A stretch of 64,000 nucleotides of DNA from positions 7,559-71,558 of the forward strand of contig JAVBJL010000004.1 of NCBI GenBank assembly GCA_030827005.1, in the 5' to 3' direction. The position numbers and the translations under genes are program-made. The stretch comes from Wigglesworthia glossinidia (GTDB taxonomy: Bacteria > Pseudomonadota > Gammaproteobacteria > Enterobacterales > Enterobacteriaceae). The notes beneath the pieces are model-generated. The model had not been told where the DNA came from, did not search any database, and worked only from the letters and a program-made list of their open reading frames with translations. Positions 54,734 to 64,000 of this stretch are shown piece after piece; within the stretch, counting starts at the first letter, position 1; the number at the start of each line of letters is the position of its first letter.

Positions 54734-54925
54734 ATGGCCGTTCAAAAAAATAAGCCCACAAGATCAAAAAGAGGTATGCGAAGATCACATGACAAAATAA
54801 AAATACCAAAATTGTCAATTGATCAAATATCAGGAGAAACACATTTACGACACTGTTTAACAAAAGACGGCTTTTATCGTGGAAAAAATATTTTAAATAT
54901 TAAGAAAAAAAATAAAAAAAAATAA
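54734..54925 (+). CDS. rpmF: 50S ribosomal protein L32
   Basis: [20 protein letters not shown]; GFYRG. Confidence 0.99.
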   Translation: MAVQKNKPTRSKRGMRRSHDKIKIPKLSIDQISGETHLRHCLTKDGFYRGKNILNIKKKNKKK

Positions 54926-55202
54926 CAGTATGAATTTATCTAGAGATCTTTAAAGATTCTAGATACTATATGTTATAATATAATTTTTACATAAATTTAA
55001 AAATTTTTAATATACTTAAAATATATCTTATAAATCTTTTTAGCATTTTAATTCACAATTATACTACCTACTAGTACATATAAAATATAAAAAATATAAC
55101 TAGAATATTTAATATAGACAAAGAGATAAAAGATAAAAATTTCATGAATGTAACACAGCACATATAACATATATTCCCAGCTGAATGGATAATAAACAAC
55201 CG

Positions 55203-56162
55203 ATGAATACTTTTGCAATGTTGTTTCCAGGTCAAGGATGCCAAACAATTGGAATGTTAAAATCTTTTTTTAAAAAATTTTCTATCATCAAAGAAACATT
55301 TGATGAAAGTTCAGAAATTCTTAAATACGATCTCTGGAAAATAGTGAATAATGGTCCATGTGATACTTTAAATCAAACTGAAATTACACAACCGGCCATA
55401 CTATCTGCATCATTTGCAATCTGGAAGGTTTGGAAAAAATTATCTGGACAAAACCCTCAATTTATGGCTGGACATAGTTTAGGAGAATATTCAGCTTTAG
55501 TTTGCGCAAATAGTTTATCTTTTTCCGATGCAATAAAAATTGTTGCTTTACGGGGGAAATTTATGCAAGAATCTGTTAATAATAAAGTATGCGCAACTTC
55601 TGCAATTATTGGACTATCAGAAAAAATAATTAATTCAATTTGTAATCAATTTTCAGATTTTGAAATCGTATCTATTGCAAATTTTAATTCTCCAAAACAA
55701 ATAATAATTTCTGGACATAAAAATTCTGTAATTCAAGTTATGCAAAAATGCAAAATTTATGGTGCAAAATACGTAAAAATACTTCCCATTAGCATTCCAT
55801 CTCATTCAATTTTAATGAAACCTGCAGCAAAAAAATTAACAAGTATATTAAATAATACAAAATTTTATCGACCAAAAATACCGATAATTAGCAGTATTAA
55901 TACGCAAGTACAATCTGATCCAAAACAAATAAAAAAATCACTTTCGCGTCAAATTTACAGCCCGATTTTATGGAATCAAACAATACATTATATGATTAAT
56001 AAAAAAGTATATGAATTTTTAGAGGTAGGTCCAGGAAAAATTTTATCTAAGTTAATGAGAGACTTTTTAAACAATTCAAAAATCTCCGGAATATCTTTAA
56101 GTGATCCAGAAATTATGATACAACAGACTAAAAAATATAAAAAGATAATTTATGCAATTTAA
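55203..56162 (+). CDS. fabD: Malonyl-CoA-ACP transacylase (start refined to MNTFA)
   Basis: FPGQG; TQPA; GHSLGEY; SH; EVGPG. Confidence 0.98.
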   Translation: MNTFAMLFPGQGCQTIGMLKSFFKKFSIIKETFDESSEILKYDLWKIVNNGPCDTLNQTEITQPAILSASFAIWKVWKKLSGQNPQFMAGHSLGEYSALVCANSLSFSDAIKIVALRGKFMQESVNNKVCATSAIIGLSEKIINSICNQFSDFEIVSIANFNSPKQIIISGHKNSVIQVMQKCKIYGAKYVKILPISIPSHSILMKPAAKKLTSILNNTKFYRPKIPIISSINTQVQSDPKQIKKSLSRQIYSPILWNQTIHYMINKKVYEFLEVGPGKILSKLMRDFLNNSKISGISLSDPEIMIQQTKKYKKIIYAI

Positions 56163-56886
56163 AGAAAAAATTTCATTAATCACCGGAGCAAATCGAGGTA
56201 TAGGAAAAGTAATTGCAAAAAAATTACTTGAAAATCATGCAATAGTTATTGGAACTTCAACACAACCCGAAGGAGTAAATAAAATTAATAATTATCTAAA
56301 TGGCCAAGGAATAGGAGTACAACTAAACGTATGTGATGCTGATTCAATTACATTATGTATAGAAAAAATAAAAAAAATTTTTGGAGAAGTTGATATTCTT
56401 ATTAATAATGCAGGAATTATAAAAGATAATTTATTAATTAAAATGAAAGAAGAATATTGGAATAAAGTTATTAATACAAATTTAACAGGCGTATTTAGAA
56501 TGTCTAAAGCAGTTATACCTGGAATGTTGAAAAAAAATTATGGAAGAATTATAAATATCGGATCAATTTCCGGATTTATAGGCAATCCGGGACAGGTAAA
56601 TTATGCTGCATCTAAATCTGGATTAATAGGATTTACGCACTCATTATCAAGAGAAGTTGCTAAAAGAGGAATTACAGTGAATATGATATCTCCGGGTTTT
56701 ATCGAGACTGATATGACAAAAATGTTATCTATGCAAAATAAACAAAAGATCCTATCCCATATTCCTATAAATAGATTCGGTTCAACAGAAGATGTTGCAT
56801 ACGCTGCAATGTTTCTGGCTTCTGATAAGGCTTCATATATTACAGGAGAAACTATACATGTCAATGGTGGAATGTATATGAAATAA
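56152..56886 (+). CDS. fabG: 3-oxoacyl-ACP reductase
   Basis: TGANRGIG; NNAG; YAASK; PGFIETDM. Confidence 0.98.
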   Translation: MQFKEKISLITGANRGIGKVIAKKLLENHAIVIGTSTQPEGVNKINNYLNGQGIGVQLNVCDADSITLCIEKIKKIFGEVDILINNAGIIKDNLLIKMKEEYWNKVINTNLTGVFRMSKAVIPGMLKKNYGRIINIGSISGFIGNPGQVNYAASKSGLIGFTHSLSREVAKRGITVNMISPGFIETDMTKMLSMQNKQKILSHIPINRFGSTEDVAYAAMFLASDKASYITGETIHVNGGMYMK

Positions 56887-56904
56887 AATTTAAATCTTAT
56901 TTAG

Positions 56905-56954
56905 TTGCATCCTTTTTTAAAGTTTTATAAACTAAAAACTTTCGCATAAGCGAA
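56905..56954 (+). promoter_or_regulatory. acpP sigma70 promoter and leader hairpin
   Basis: TTGCAT-N17-TAAACT followed by TTCGC-ATAA-GCGAA just upstream of the SD. Confidence 0.6.
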
Positions 56955-56974
56955 TTTGGTAGGAAATTTAAAAT

Positions 56975-57214
56975 ATGAGTACTATTGAAGAAAGTGTTAA
57001 ATCTATTATTGCGGAACAACTAGGTGTAAAAAAAGAAGAAGTAATAAACAGTGCATCTTTTGTGGATGATCTTGGAGCAGATTCTTTAGATACAGTGGAA
57101 TTAGTTATGGCATTAGAAGAAGAATTTGATACTGAAATTCCAGATGAAGAAGCGGAAAAAATCACTACAGTTCAAGCTGCTATTGATTTTATCAAAGAAA
57201 GTAAAAAATCGTGA
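56975..57214 (+). CDS. acpP: Acyl carrier protein
   Basis: [20 protein letters not shown]. Confidence 0.99.
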   Translation: MSTIEESVKSIIAEQLGVKKEEVINSASFVDDLGADSLDTVELVMALEEEFDTEIPDEEAEKITTVQAAIDFIKESKKS

Positions 57215-57219
57215 TACTA

Positions 57220-57243
57220 CTTGGCGATCTTAAGATCGCCAAG
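57220..57243 (+). terminator. Hairpin after acpP (perfect 24-bp palindrome)
   Basis: CTTGGCGATCTTAAGATCGCCAAG starts 6 nt after the stop; the U tract is weak. Confidence 0.75.
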
Positions 57244-57445
57244 AATTTGTAGAAGTTAATCAAATATATAAAATAATTTTTACTTTTCACATAAAAAAAG
57301 AATTTAAATTAGAATTTAAAGTTTAACTTTTTTAATTTTTAATTAATTTATAAAAATTTTATAACATAATAAAATTAAAAAAATAACAATATTTTAGTTG
57401 CATATAAAAATCATCCTCAATTTAATTAAAAAAATAACTTATTAA

Positions 57446-58249
57446 ATGCGATCTTGGATTAATGGAATTGAAACAGATAAAATTTCTATAGTTAATAGAA
57501 GTTTACAATTTGGAGATGGATTTTTCACGACGTTTCCGTGTCTTAACGGAAAAATTCAATTTTTAAAAAATCACTTTCAAAGACTTTTTTTATCAGAAAA
57601 GAAATTACTTTTCAAAAGAATTAATTTTTCTGCATTATACGCAGAAGTTAAATTCGCATCTAAATGCATATCTAGTGGAATTATAAAAATTATAATTATA
57701 CGAGGGAACTCCGTACGAGGATATAAAACATCCCAGTGCGCAGAACCAGTACGCATTATTATATTAACAGAAAATTATTTAAATTTTAAAAAAATAAAAA
57801 AAAAAGGTGCAAATTTGTACTATAGTCCTATTAAAATACCAAGAAATCCATTATTATCTGGAATTAAGCATAACAATAAAATTGAACAGATTTTAGCATC
57901 GATTCATTTAGAAAAATCTAAAAAAGATGAAGCAATAATATTGGATAGAAAAGGATTTATTGTAGAATGTTGCGCATGTAACATTTTTTGGAGAAAAAAT
58001 AATTTTGTATTCACCCCGAGCTTAAAATATTGTGGAGTTCCTGGAATTATTAGAAAAAAAATAATCAATATTCTACCAAAACTTGGATATAAAGTAATTA
58101 TATCTTTTTTTAAAAGACATGATGTAATTCTTGCAGAAGAAGTTTTTATAACTAATTCGATTATTTCTATAATACCCGTAAGAATTATTGACAACCAACA
58201 TTTTTATAAACGTACTTTATTCAATAAAATTCGAAATTTCTTTTGGTAA
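57446..58249 (+). CDS. pabC: Aminodeoxychorismate lyase
   Basis: RSLQFGDGFFTT; PLP-lysine GIKH; ECCACNIFW; GVPGIIR. Confidence 0.96.
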   Translation: MRSWINGIETDKISIVNRSLQFGDGFFTTFPCLNGKIQFLKNHFQRLFLSEKKLLFKRINFSALYAEVKFASKCISSGIIKIIIIRGNSVRGYKTSQCAEPVRIIILTENYLNFKKIKKKGANLYYSPIKIPRNPLLSGIKHNNKIEQILASIHLEKSKKDEAIILDRKGFIVECCACNIFWRKNNFVFTPSLKYCGVPGIIRKKIINILPKLGYKVIISFFKRHDVILAEEVFITNSIISIIPVRIIDNQHFYKRTLFNKIRNFFW

Positions 58250-59291
58250 TGCGATATTTATTTATGACAATTTTATATAAAACAAAAAAACAAAAAATAT
58301 CTTTCATATATGCATGGATATTAACATTAATTTTTTTTTTAAAATACATGTTTTTTCTATAGAACCTTTAAATATTACAAATGAAACATTAATTACTATA
58401 CCTAAAGGTAGTACAATGCTTTATTTACAAAGACTTATGGAAAAAAAAAATATTATTAGAAGCAACTCACATCTTTTATCTATTTTAGTTAAAATCAATC
58501 CGAATTTAAAAAATATTAAAGCTGGAACATATGCTTTACATCCAGGGATGAATATTAAAGATGCACTGAATATATTCGTAATAGGTAAAGAAAAACAATT
58601 TTCCATCCAATTTATTGAAGGATCAACCCTAAAAGACTGTTTAAATATTTTAAAAAATTCTCCAGAATTACAACAAGATATAGATATGAATAACTTAAAT
58701 AATTTATCAAAACAATTAGGAGATAAATCAGAAATATTATTAGAAGGAAGTTTATATCCAGATAAATACCTCCATACTAAAAATACAAAAGTCAGCGAAA
58801 TATTAAAACGTGCAAAACAGAACATGACAAATATTTTAAAAGAAATATGGGAAACTAGAGATAAAAATTTACCATACGAATCCCCTCAATCATTATTAGT
58901 TATGGCATCTATTATTGAAAAAGAATCAGCATTAAAATATGAACGATTTAGAATATCTTCTGTATTTGTTAATCGATTAAAAAATAAAATGAAATTACAA
59001 TCAGATCCTACTGTAGAATACGGCGTTAAACTTTTACAACCTAATAAAAAAATAACTTATAAAGATTTTAAAATATCAACTCCTTATAATACTTATATTA
59101 TTTACGGACTGCCAAAAACAGCAATATCCATGCCAAGCTTGGAATCAATTCAAGCTGCTGCACATCCAGAGAAAAGTGATTATTTTTACTTTGTTTCTAC
59201 TGGAAATGGCGATCATATTTTTAGTCAAGATTTCGATAGTCATAAACAAGCAGTTAAAAATTATCGAAGATGGAAAAAAGGAAATAAATAG
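58249..59291 (+). CDS. mltG: Endolytic transglycosylase MltG, frameshifted at a T10 tract between its membrane anchor and the catalytic ORF (58314-59291)
   Basis: ATG overlaps the pabC stop (TAATG) and encodes basic residues plus a transmembrane helix; adding one T joins it to KIHVF...; [27 protein letters not shown] present. Confidence 0.9.
58331..58340 (+). repeat. T10 homopolymer at the mltG frameshift
   Basis: Ten consecutive T at 58331-58340. Confidence 0.95.
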
Positions 59292-59992
59292 TGCAAGGAA
59301 AGTTTATTGTAATCGAAGGATTAGAAGGTTCTGGAAAAACCAATGCTATTTCAAAAATAGTACACATATTAAATCAACAAGGTATAAAAAACATAATTTT
59401 CACACGAGAACCAGGAGGAACACCACTTGCAGAAGCTTTACGCACATTAATTAAAGAAGGAGTAGGATACGAACAAATTACTGATCATGCCGAGCTGTTA
59501 ATGATATATGCAGCTAGGATACAATTAGTAGAACGTATAATTAAACCAGCACTAAGTCAAGGATCTTGGGTAGTTGGAGATCGTCATGATCTTTCTTCTT
59601 TAGCATATCAGGGAGGAGGAAGGTGTATAAACGAAAAATTATTAAAAAATTTAAGAGACTCTTTCTTAGGAAATTTTTATCCGGATTTTACTTTATATTT
59701 AGACATACCTCCTATTATGGGGCTAGCAAGAATTAGAGCACGTGCTATAGTAAGAGCTCAAATCAGAGAAAAAATTAATAAAATTAAAAGAACACATTCA
59801 CATGACATAAAAAATGAATTAGATAGAATAGAAATAGAACCGATATCTTTTTTTGATAGAACAAGGAAGCGATATCAAGAATTAGCTGAAAAATACGAAA
59901 ATATTGTCACTATCGATGCCAGTCAATCTTTAGAAAAAGTAAATTTAGAAATAAAAGAAAAACTATTACATTGGTTAAAAATAAAAAATTAA
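59291..59992 (+). CDS. tmk: Thymidylate kinase (GTG start, LID insertion)
   Basis: EGLEGSGKT; REPGGT; [15 protein letters not shown]; LDRIE. Confidence 0.97.
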   Translation: MQGKFIVIEGLEGSGKTNAISKIVHILNQQGIKNIIFTREPGGTPLAEALRTLIKEGVGYEQITDHAELLMIYAARIQLVERIIKPALSQGSWVVGDRHDLSSLAYQGGGRCINEKLLKNLRDSFLGNFYPDFTLYLDIPPIMGLARIRARAIVRAQIREKINKIKRTHSHDIKNELDRIEIEPISFFDRTRKRYQELAEKYENIVTIDASQSLEKVNLEIKEKLLHWLKIKN

Positions 59993-59999
59993 TATTATT

Positions 60000-60977
60000 A
60001 TGTTATATCCGTGGCTAGTATTACCATATAAAGAAATCATTGCATGTCTTAAATTTAATTATTCTTGTGCAATTTTACTACAAAGTAGTATAGGATGCGG
60101 AATGAAAAACCTATACTATGCAATAGTAAAAAAAATGCTTTGTCAATGCAAAAAAAATATATTACAAAATAAACTCTGTTTAAATTGCCAATTACTATCT
60201 AATAATCAACATCCGGATATTTATGATTTCTCTAAATATATGGTTTTAAATAAAAAAATAGGAATAGATACTGTACGAAATGTTTGTGAAAAAATTTTTT
60301 ATCCTCCACATTATAATAATTCAAAAATAATTTTAATTCAGAATTTAGAACTATTAACTAATCAAGCAGCTCATGCTTTATTAAAAGTAATGGAAGAACC
60401 TGCGAAAAATACATACTTCATATTAGGATGTAAAAAGATAAATTATATTTTACCTACAATTATTAGTAGAACGAAAGTATGGAAAATTTTTATTAAAAAA
60501 AAAGATAGTTTAAAATGGTTGTATGAACAAGGACATACGATTCTAAAAAGAACTAAAATTGTTTTAAACATATGTAACGGGTCGCCAATTTACGCTAAAA
60601 AAATGTTATCTTCAAATTTTTGGGATAAAAGAAAAAAAATGATATTAATCCTAAAAAAAGTTTTTTTTCAAAAAATATCTTTTTTCACTTTATTTGAATA
60701 TTGTCAGGAAATTGAAATATTTTTTATGTTTATAGGATCTTTTATTATAGATACCATAAGATACAAAAGCAAAATTTTTTTAAATATTGTTAATATTGAT
60801 TGTATGAATATTATTCAGTATATGTCTGAAATTTGTTCTATATATTTTTTAAATCAACAATGGGAATTTTGGTTAAACTTTAAAAGGTTAAATGAAAACA
60901 TTATAGGAATCAATAAAGAAATTTTTTTAGTAAAAACTATATTAGACTGGAACAAATTAATTCAGGAAACAAAATAA
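60000..60977 (+). CDS. holB: DNA polymerase III delta prime
   Basis: YPWL; HPD; IGIDTVR; ALLKVMEEP; LPTIISR; synteny. Confidence 0.93.
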   Translation: MLYPWLVLPYKEIIACLKFNYSCAILLQSSIGCGMKNLYYAIVKKMLCQCKKNILQNKLCLNCQLLSNNQHPDIYDFSKYMVLNKKIGIDTVRNVCEKIFYPPHYNNSKIILIQNLELLTNQAAHALLKVMEEPAKNTYFILGCKKINYILPTIISRTKVWKIFIKKKDSLKWLYEQGHTILKRTKIVLNICNGSPIYAKKMLSSNFWDKRKKMILILKKVFFQKISFFTLFEYCQEIEIFFMFIGSFIIDTIRYKSKIFLNIVNIDCMNIIQYMSEICSIYFLNQQWEFWLNFKRLNENIIGINKEIFLVKTILDWNKLIQETK

Positions 60978-60978
60978 A

Positions 60979-61761
60979 ATGCTTTTAATTGATTCACATT
61001 GTCATTTAGACTTGTTGCAAGAATTAAATAAAAATTCGAAAAATATCAATGATTTAATGAAAAAAACAAAAAAAAATCACGTTAAAAAAATGCTATCTGT
61101 ATGTATTTCTATTACAAAATTTTATAATATGATTCATTTGTTTAATAACATTTCAGATATATATTTTTCCTTTGGAGTACACCCATTGTATATTGATAAT
61201 TTATATAGCAAACAAGTTTTATATAGTTTTGCAAATAGAAAAGATGTAATAGCAATTGGAGAAACAGGTCTAGATTATAGTAATATTATTTATGATCAAA
61301 AAATACAAAAAAAAGTCTTCATTGATCATATTCAAATCAGCAAAATAACGAAAAAACCCCTTATTGTTCATTCAAGAAATTCGATAGTTGATACAATTAA
61401 AATTTTATCTAGTTCAAATATCGAGAAATCCGGATGTATTATACACTGTTTTACAGAAAATATAAAAATCGCAAAAATATTTTTAGATTTAGGATGCTAT
61501 ATTTCTTTTTCTGGCATTGTTACTTTTAAAAATGCAAAAATAGTACAAGATAGTGCACGTTATGTTCCTGACGATCGTATTTTGATAGAAACAGATTCTC
61601 CGTACTTAGCTCCAGAGCCATATAGAGGAAAAACAAATGAACCTGCTTATTTGCTTGAAATTGCTAAATTTATCGCAAAATTAAGATGTACAACATTAGA
61701 AAATTTTGCAAAAAATACTACTAAAAATTTTCAAACTTTATTTCCTACCACTAGGATATAA
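60979..61761 (+). CDS. ycfH: TatD-family metal-dependent hydrolase YcfH
   Basis: DSHCH; GVHP; GETGLDY; HSR; HCF; ETDSPYLAP. Confidence 0.95.
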   Translation: MLLIDSHCHLDLLQELNKNSKNINDLMKKTKKNHVKKMLSVCISITKFYNMIHLFNNISDIYFSFGVHPLYIDNLYSKQVLYSFANRKDVIAIGETGLDYSNIIYDQKIQKKVFIDHIQISKITKKPLIVHSRNSIVDTIKILSSSNIEKSGCIIHCFTENIKIAKIFLDLGCYISFSGIVTFKNAKIVQDSARYVPDDRILIETDSPYLAPEPYRGKTNEPAYLLEIAKFIAKLRCTTLENFAKNTTKNFQTLFPTTRI

Positions 61762-61820
61762 AAAAGTTATAAAATAATATATAACGATATTATACAATAA
61801 ATATTAAAGGAAAATATATT

Positions 61821-62165
61821 TTGACAGATAACATTTTTATGAGAATTATTCAAAAAAAAGAACCCGCAGAAATTATATATCAAGATAACTACGTAACTGC
61901 TTTTCGAGATATTTTTCCTAAAGCACCAACACATATTATTATAGTTACAAATATTCATATACCAACAGTAAACGACATAGAAAAAGAACATGCATTAATT
62001 CTTGGACATTTATTTATTGCAGCTTCTAAAATAGCATTAAAAGAAAAAATTAATAAAAGCGGTTATCGATTAATAGTTAATTGTAATCGAGATAGCGGTC
62101 AAGAAATTTATCATTTGCATATGCATTTATTAGGCGGGAAACCACTCGGAAAATTATTATGTTAA
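61821..62165 (+). CDS. hinT: Purine nucleoside phosphoramidase HinT (TTG start)
   Basis: AFRDIFPKAPTH; GYRLIVN; HLHMH HIT motif. Confidence 0.96.
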   Translation: MTDNIFMRIIQKKEPAEIIYQDNYVTAFRDIFPKAPTHIIIVTNIHIPTVNDIEKEHALILGHLFIAASKIALKEKINKSGYRLIVNCNRDSGQEIYHLHMHLLGGKPLGKLLC

Positions 62166-62298
62166 CACATACAATTAATTAATAATTTTAATTAAATTTT
62201 ATATAAAAATATTTAATTTTTTTAAAACTCACATTTTGATTATAAATATTTTTAAAAAATTAGTTTTACTAATAATTAATAAATTTTGAAAATAAAAT

Positions 62299-63612
62299 TT
62301 GGAAATCGCGAAAATGTTACAAAAAATTGTCATAGTTGGTGGGGGAGCTGGAGGATTAGAATTAGCTACAAAATTAGGAAACAACCTAGGAAAAAAAAAA
62401 TTGGCTAAAATTTTTTTAGTTGATCGTAGCTATATCCATTTATGGAAACCTTTACTACATAAATTTGCCGCAGGTTCTTTATATAAAGAAAATCATGCTA
62501 TCAGTTATATCGCACATGCTAAAAATCATTATTTCCAATTTTATATCGGAGAAATGATCGGCATTAATCGTATTAAAAAAACAATTATGTTAAATGAAGT
62601 CATTAGTAAAATAGGGCATGTTGTTATTCCAAAAAGAGAATTAAATTATGACATTTTAGTTATTGCAATTGGAAGCGAATCAAATCATTTTACGATTTCT
62701 GGAGTAAAAAAATATTGTAGTTTTATCGATAATATACTACAGGCTAAGCAATTATATAATCGTATATTTAACTTATTTTTAAAAATTTCTACGAATTTTA
62801 ATATAAATAAAGAAAAATATAATATTACAATTGTAGGAGGCGGTGCAACCGGAGTAGAATTATCTGCAGAATTATATAATACTATCGAAGGATTACATCA
62901 ATACGGATTTCAAGGTTTAAAAAAAGATACTCTCGATATCACACTAATTGAAATGGGGCCCAGAATATTACCTGCTTTGCCAGAAAAAATATCTAACAAA
63001 GTTTACGTATCATTAAAAAAAATTGGCATAAAAGTAATCAATAATACTACTATTGTAAAATGTAATGAAAGTGGATTATTTACTAAAAATGGAGAATATA
63101 TTAAATCCGAACTTATAGTATGGTCGGCAGGAATTAAAACACAAAAATTTAAAACAGAATGTTTTGATTTAGAAACTAATCATATCCACCAATTATTAGT
63201 TAAAGATACATTACAAACTACTTTAGATGAAAAAATATTTGCAATAGGAGACTGCGCATCTTGCTTGTTAAAAAACGGAATTTATGTGCCCCCTAGAGCA
63301 CAAGCAGCACATCAAATGGCAACATGCACATACTTAAACATATTATCTTTAATAAAAGATAGATCGTTAAAAAGCTATATCTACAAAGACCATGGATCGT
63401 TGATCTCATTATCTAAATTTAAAACTATAGGAAATTTGATAGAAAACATAACCAATAATTCTATTTTAATCGAAGGAGTGGTTGCAAGATTAGCATATCT
63501 GCTCGTGTATCGTATGCATCAAATTTCATTACATGGAACCATAAAAACCGGCGTTATTATGTTGTCTACTAATATTAATCGAATTGTACAACCAAAGTTT
63601 AAGTTATATTAA
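62299..63612 (+). CDS. ndh: Type II NADH dehydrogenase (start TTG 62299 or ATG 62314)
   Basis: IVIVGGGAGGLE; HLWKPLLH; GGGATGVE; AIGDCA; PPRAQAAHQ. Confidence 0.97.
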   Translation: MEIAKMLQKIVIVGGGAGGLELATKLGNNLGKKKLAKIFLVDRSYIHLWKPLLHKFAAGSLYKENHAISYIAHAKNHYFQFYIGEMIGINRIKKTIMLNEVISKIGHVVIPKRELNYDILVIAIGSESNHFTISGVKKYCSFIDNILQAKQLYNRIFNLFLKISTNFNINKEKYNITIVGGGATGVELSAELYNTIEGLHQYGFQGLKKDTLDITLIEMGPRILPALPEKISNKVYVSLKKIGIKVINNTTIVKCNESGLFTKNGEYIKSELIVWSAGIKTQKFKTECFDLETNHIHQLLVKDTLQTTLDEKIFAIGDCASCLLKNGIYVPPRAQAAHQMATCTYLNILSLIKDRSLKSYIYKDHGSLISLSKFKTIGNLIENITNNSILIEGVVARLAYLLVYRMHQISLHGTIKTGVIMLSTNINRIVQPKFKLY

Positions 63613-63650
63613 CTGTTAATAAAGTATTATCGTGATATCTTATTATCTAT

Positions 63651-64000
63651 TTAAGAAATAGATGTTAGAAATTTTTTTATATACTTTATTCTATCAGAGT
63701 TACTTGTATAAATTTCTATTTTTAATTTTGTATTTGTAACAAAATTGTACATCTTAGAATTTTGTAAAATTTTTATTAGATTTCTATGGTTTACTTTATT
63801 ATTTTTATGAAATTCAATAAAACCTCCTTTTTGATGCAAATTAATTTTTTTAATACCTAAAGTATGAGCGGTTTGTCTAATTTTTGCAGTTTCAATTAAA
63901 TTACACACAAATTCTGGAATAATTCCAAAATTATGTATTAATTGATTTTCTAAAGAATAAATTTCTGATATAGTACAACTAAAAATTTTTTTATAAAAAT
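63651..64000 (-). CDS. mfd: Transcription-repair coupling factor Mfd, 3' end (runs off the window)
   Basis: Frame is open to the window edge: FYKKIFS...LIHNFGIIPE...KIRQTAHTLGIKKI..KGGFIEF, matching the Mfd TRCF domain. Confidence 0.88.
   Translation of the reverse strand, partial: FYKKIFSCTISEIYSLENQLIHNFGIIPEFVCNLIETAKIRQTAHTLGIKKINLHQKGGFIEFHKNNKVNHRNLIKILQNSKMYNFVTNTKLKIEIYTSNSDRIKYIKKFLTSIS

Noticed and set aside
55048-55248. 66-aa minus-strand ORF in the plsX/fabH gap
   Set aside because: Low complexity, overlaps fabD antisense, and shows no similarity to PlsX or FabH
59176-59454. 92-aa alternative-frame ORF spanning mltG and tmk
   Set aside because: It overlaps two conserved genes and has no SD or motif
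1-64000. tRNA, rRNA, IS elements, CRISPR arrays, prophage
   Set aside because: No cloverleafs, GC-rich RNA genes, transposases or regularly spaced repeats seen by eye; tRNAscan-SE or Infernal would be needed to exclude them

Overview
Very AT-rich (roughly 22-25% GC by eye), gene-dense enterobacterial chromosome segment from a reduced-genome insect endosymbiont. The complete flagellum including flagellin, together with hemL, pyrC, pabC and proC, best fits Wigglesworthia glossinidia of tsetse flies; this is an inference, no database search was run. Bases 1-25.5 kb hold one flagellar cluster: flgN, flgA, flgB-L, fliR-F, fliE, fliS, fliD, fliC. It is followed by eroded housekeeping blocks: trhO-opgH; gloB-rnhA-dnaQ; rsmD-ftsY-rpoH; hemL-erpA; mltC-yggX-mutY-trmB; rdgB-proC-yggS; thrS-infC-rpmI-rplT-pheST; pyrC-rne-rluC-rpmF-fabDG-acpP-pabC-mltG-tmk-holB-ycfH-hinT-ndh; and the 3' end of mfd. 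I saw no rRNA, tRNA, IS element, prophage or CRISPR array. The most notable signals are: (i) fliJ and mltG are each broken by a single-base frameshift inside a 10-nt homopolymer, with both halves intact, which suggests rescue by transcriptional slippage, phase variation, or a sequencing error; (ii) four sigma28-type promoters survive while flgM and fliT are missing from their loci, FlgJ lacks its muramidase domain and FliM lacks its CheY-binding peptide, yet the FliG torque charges are conserved; (iii) flagellin has an altered 89-96 motif and an internally duplicated variable domain; (iv) thymidylate kinase carries a 23-aa basic insertion in its LID region. I found no unambiguous novel multi-gene system. 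The best candidate is a slippage-gated, checkpoint-free flagellum linked to cell-wall remodelling. Comparisons with E. coli or Salmonella sequences are from memory and should be confirmed by alignment.
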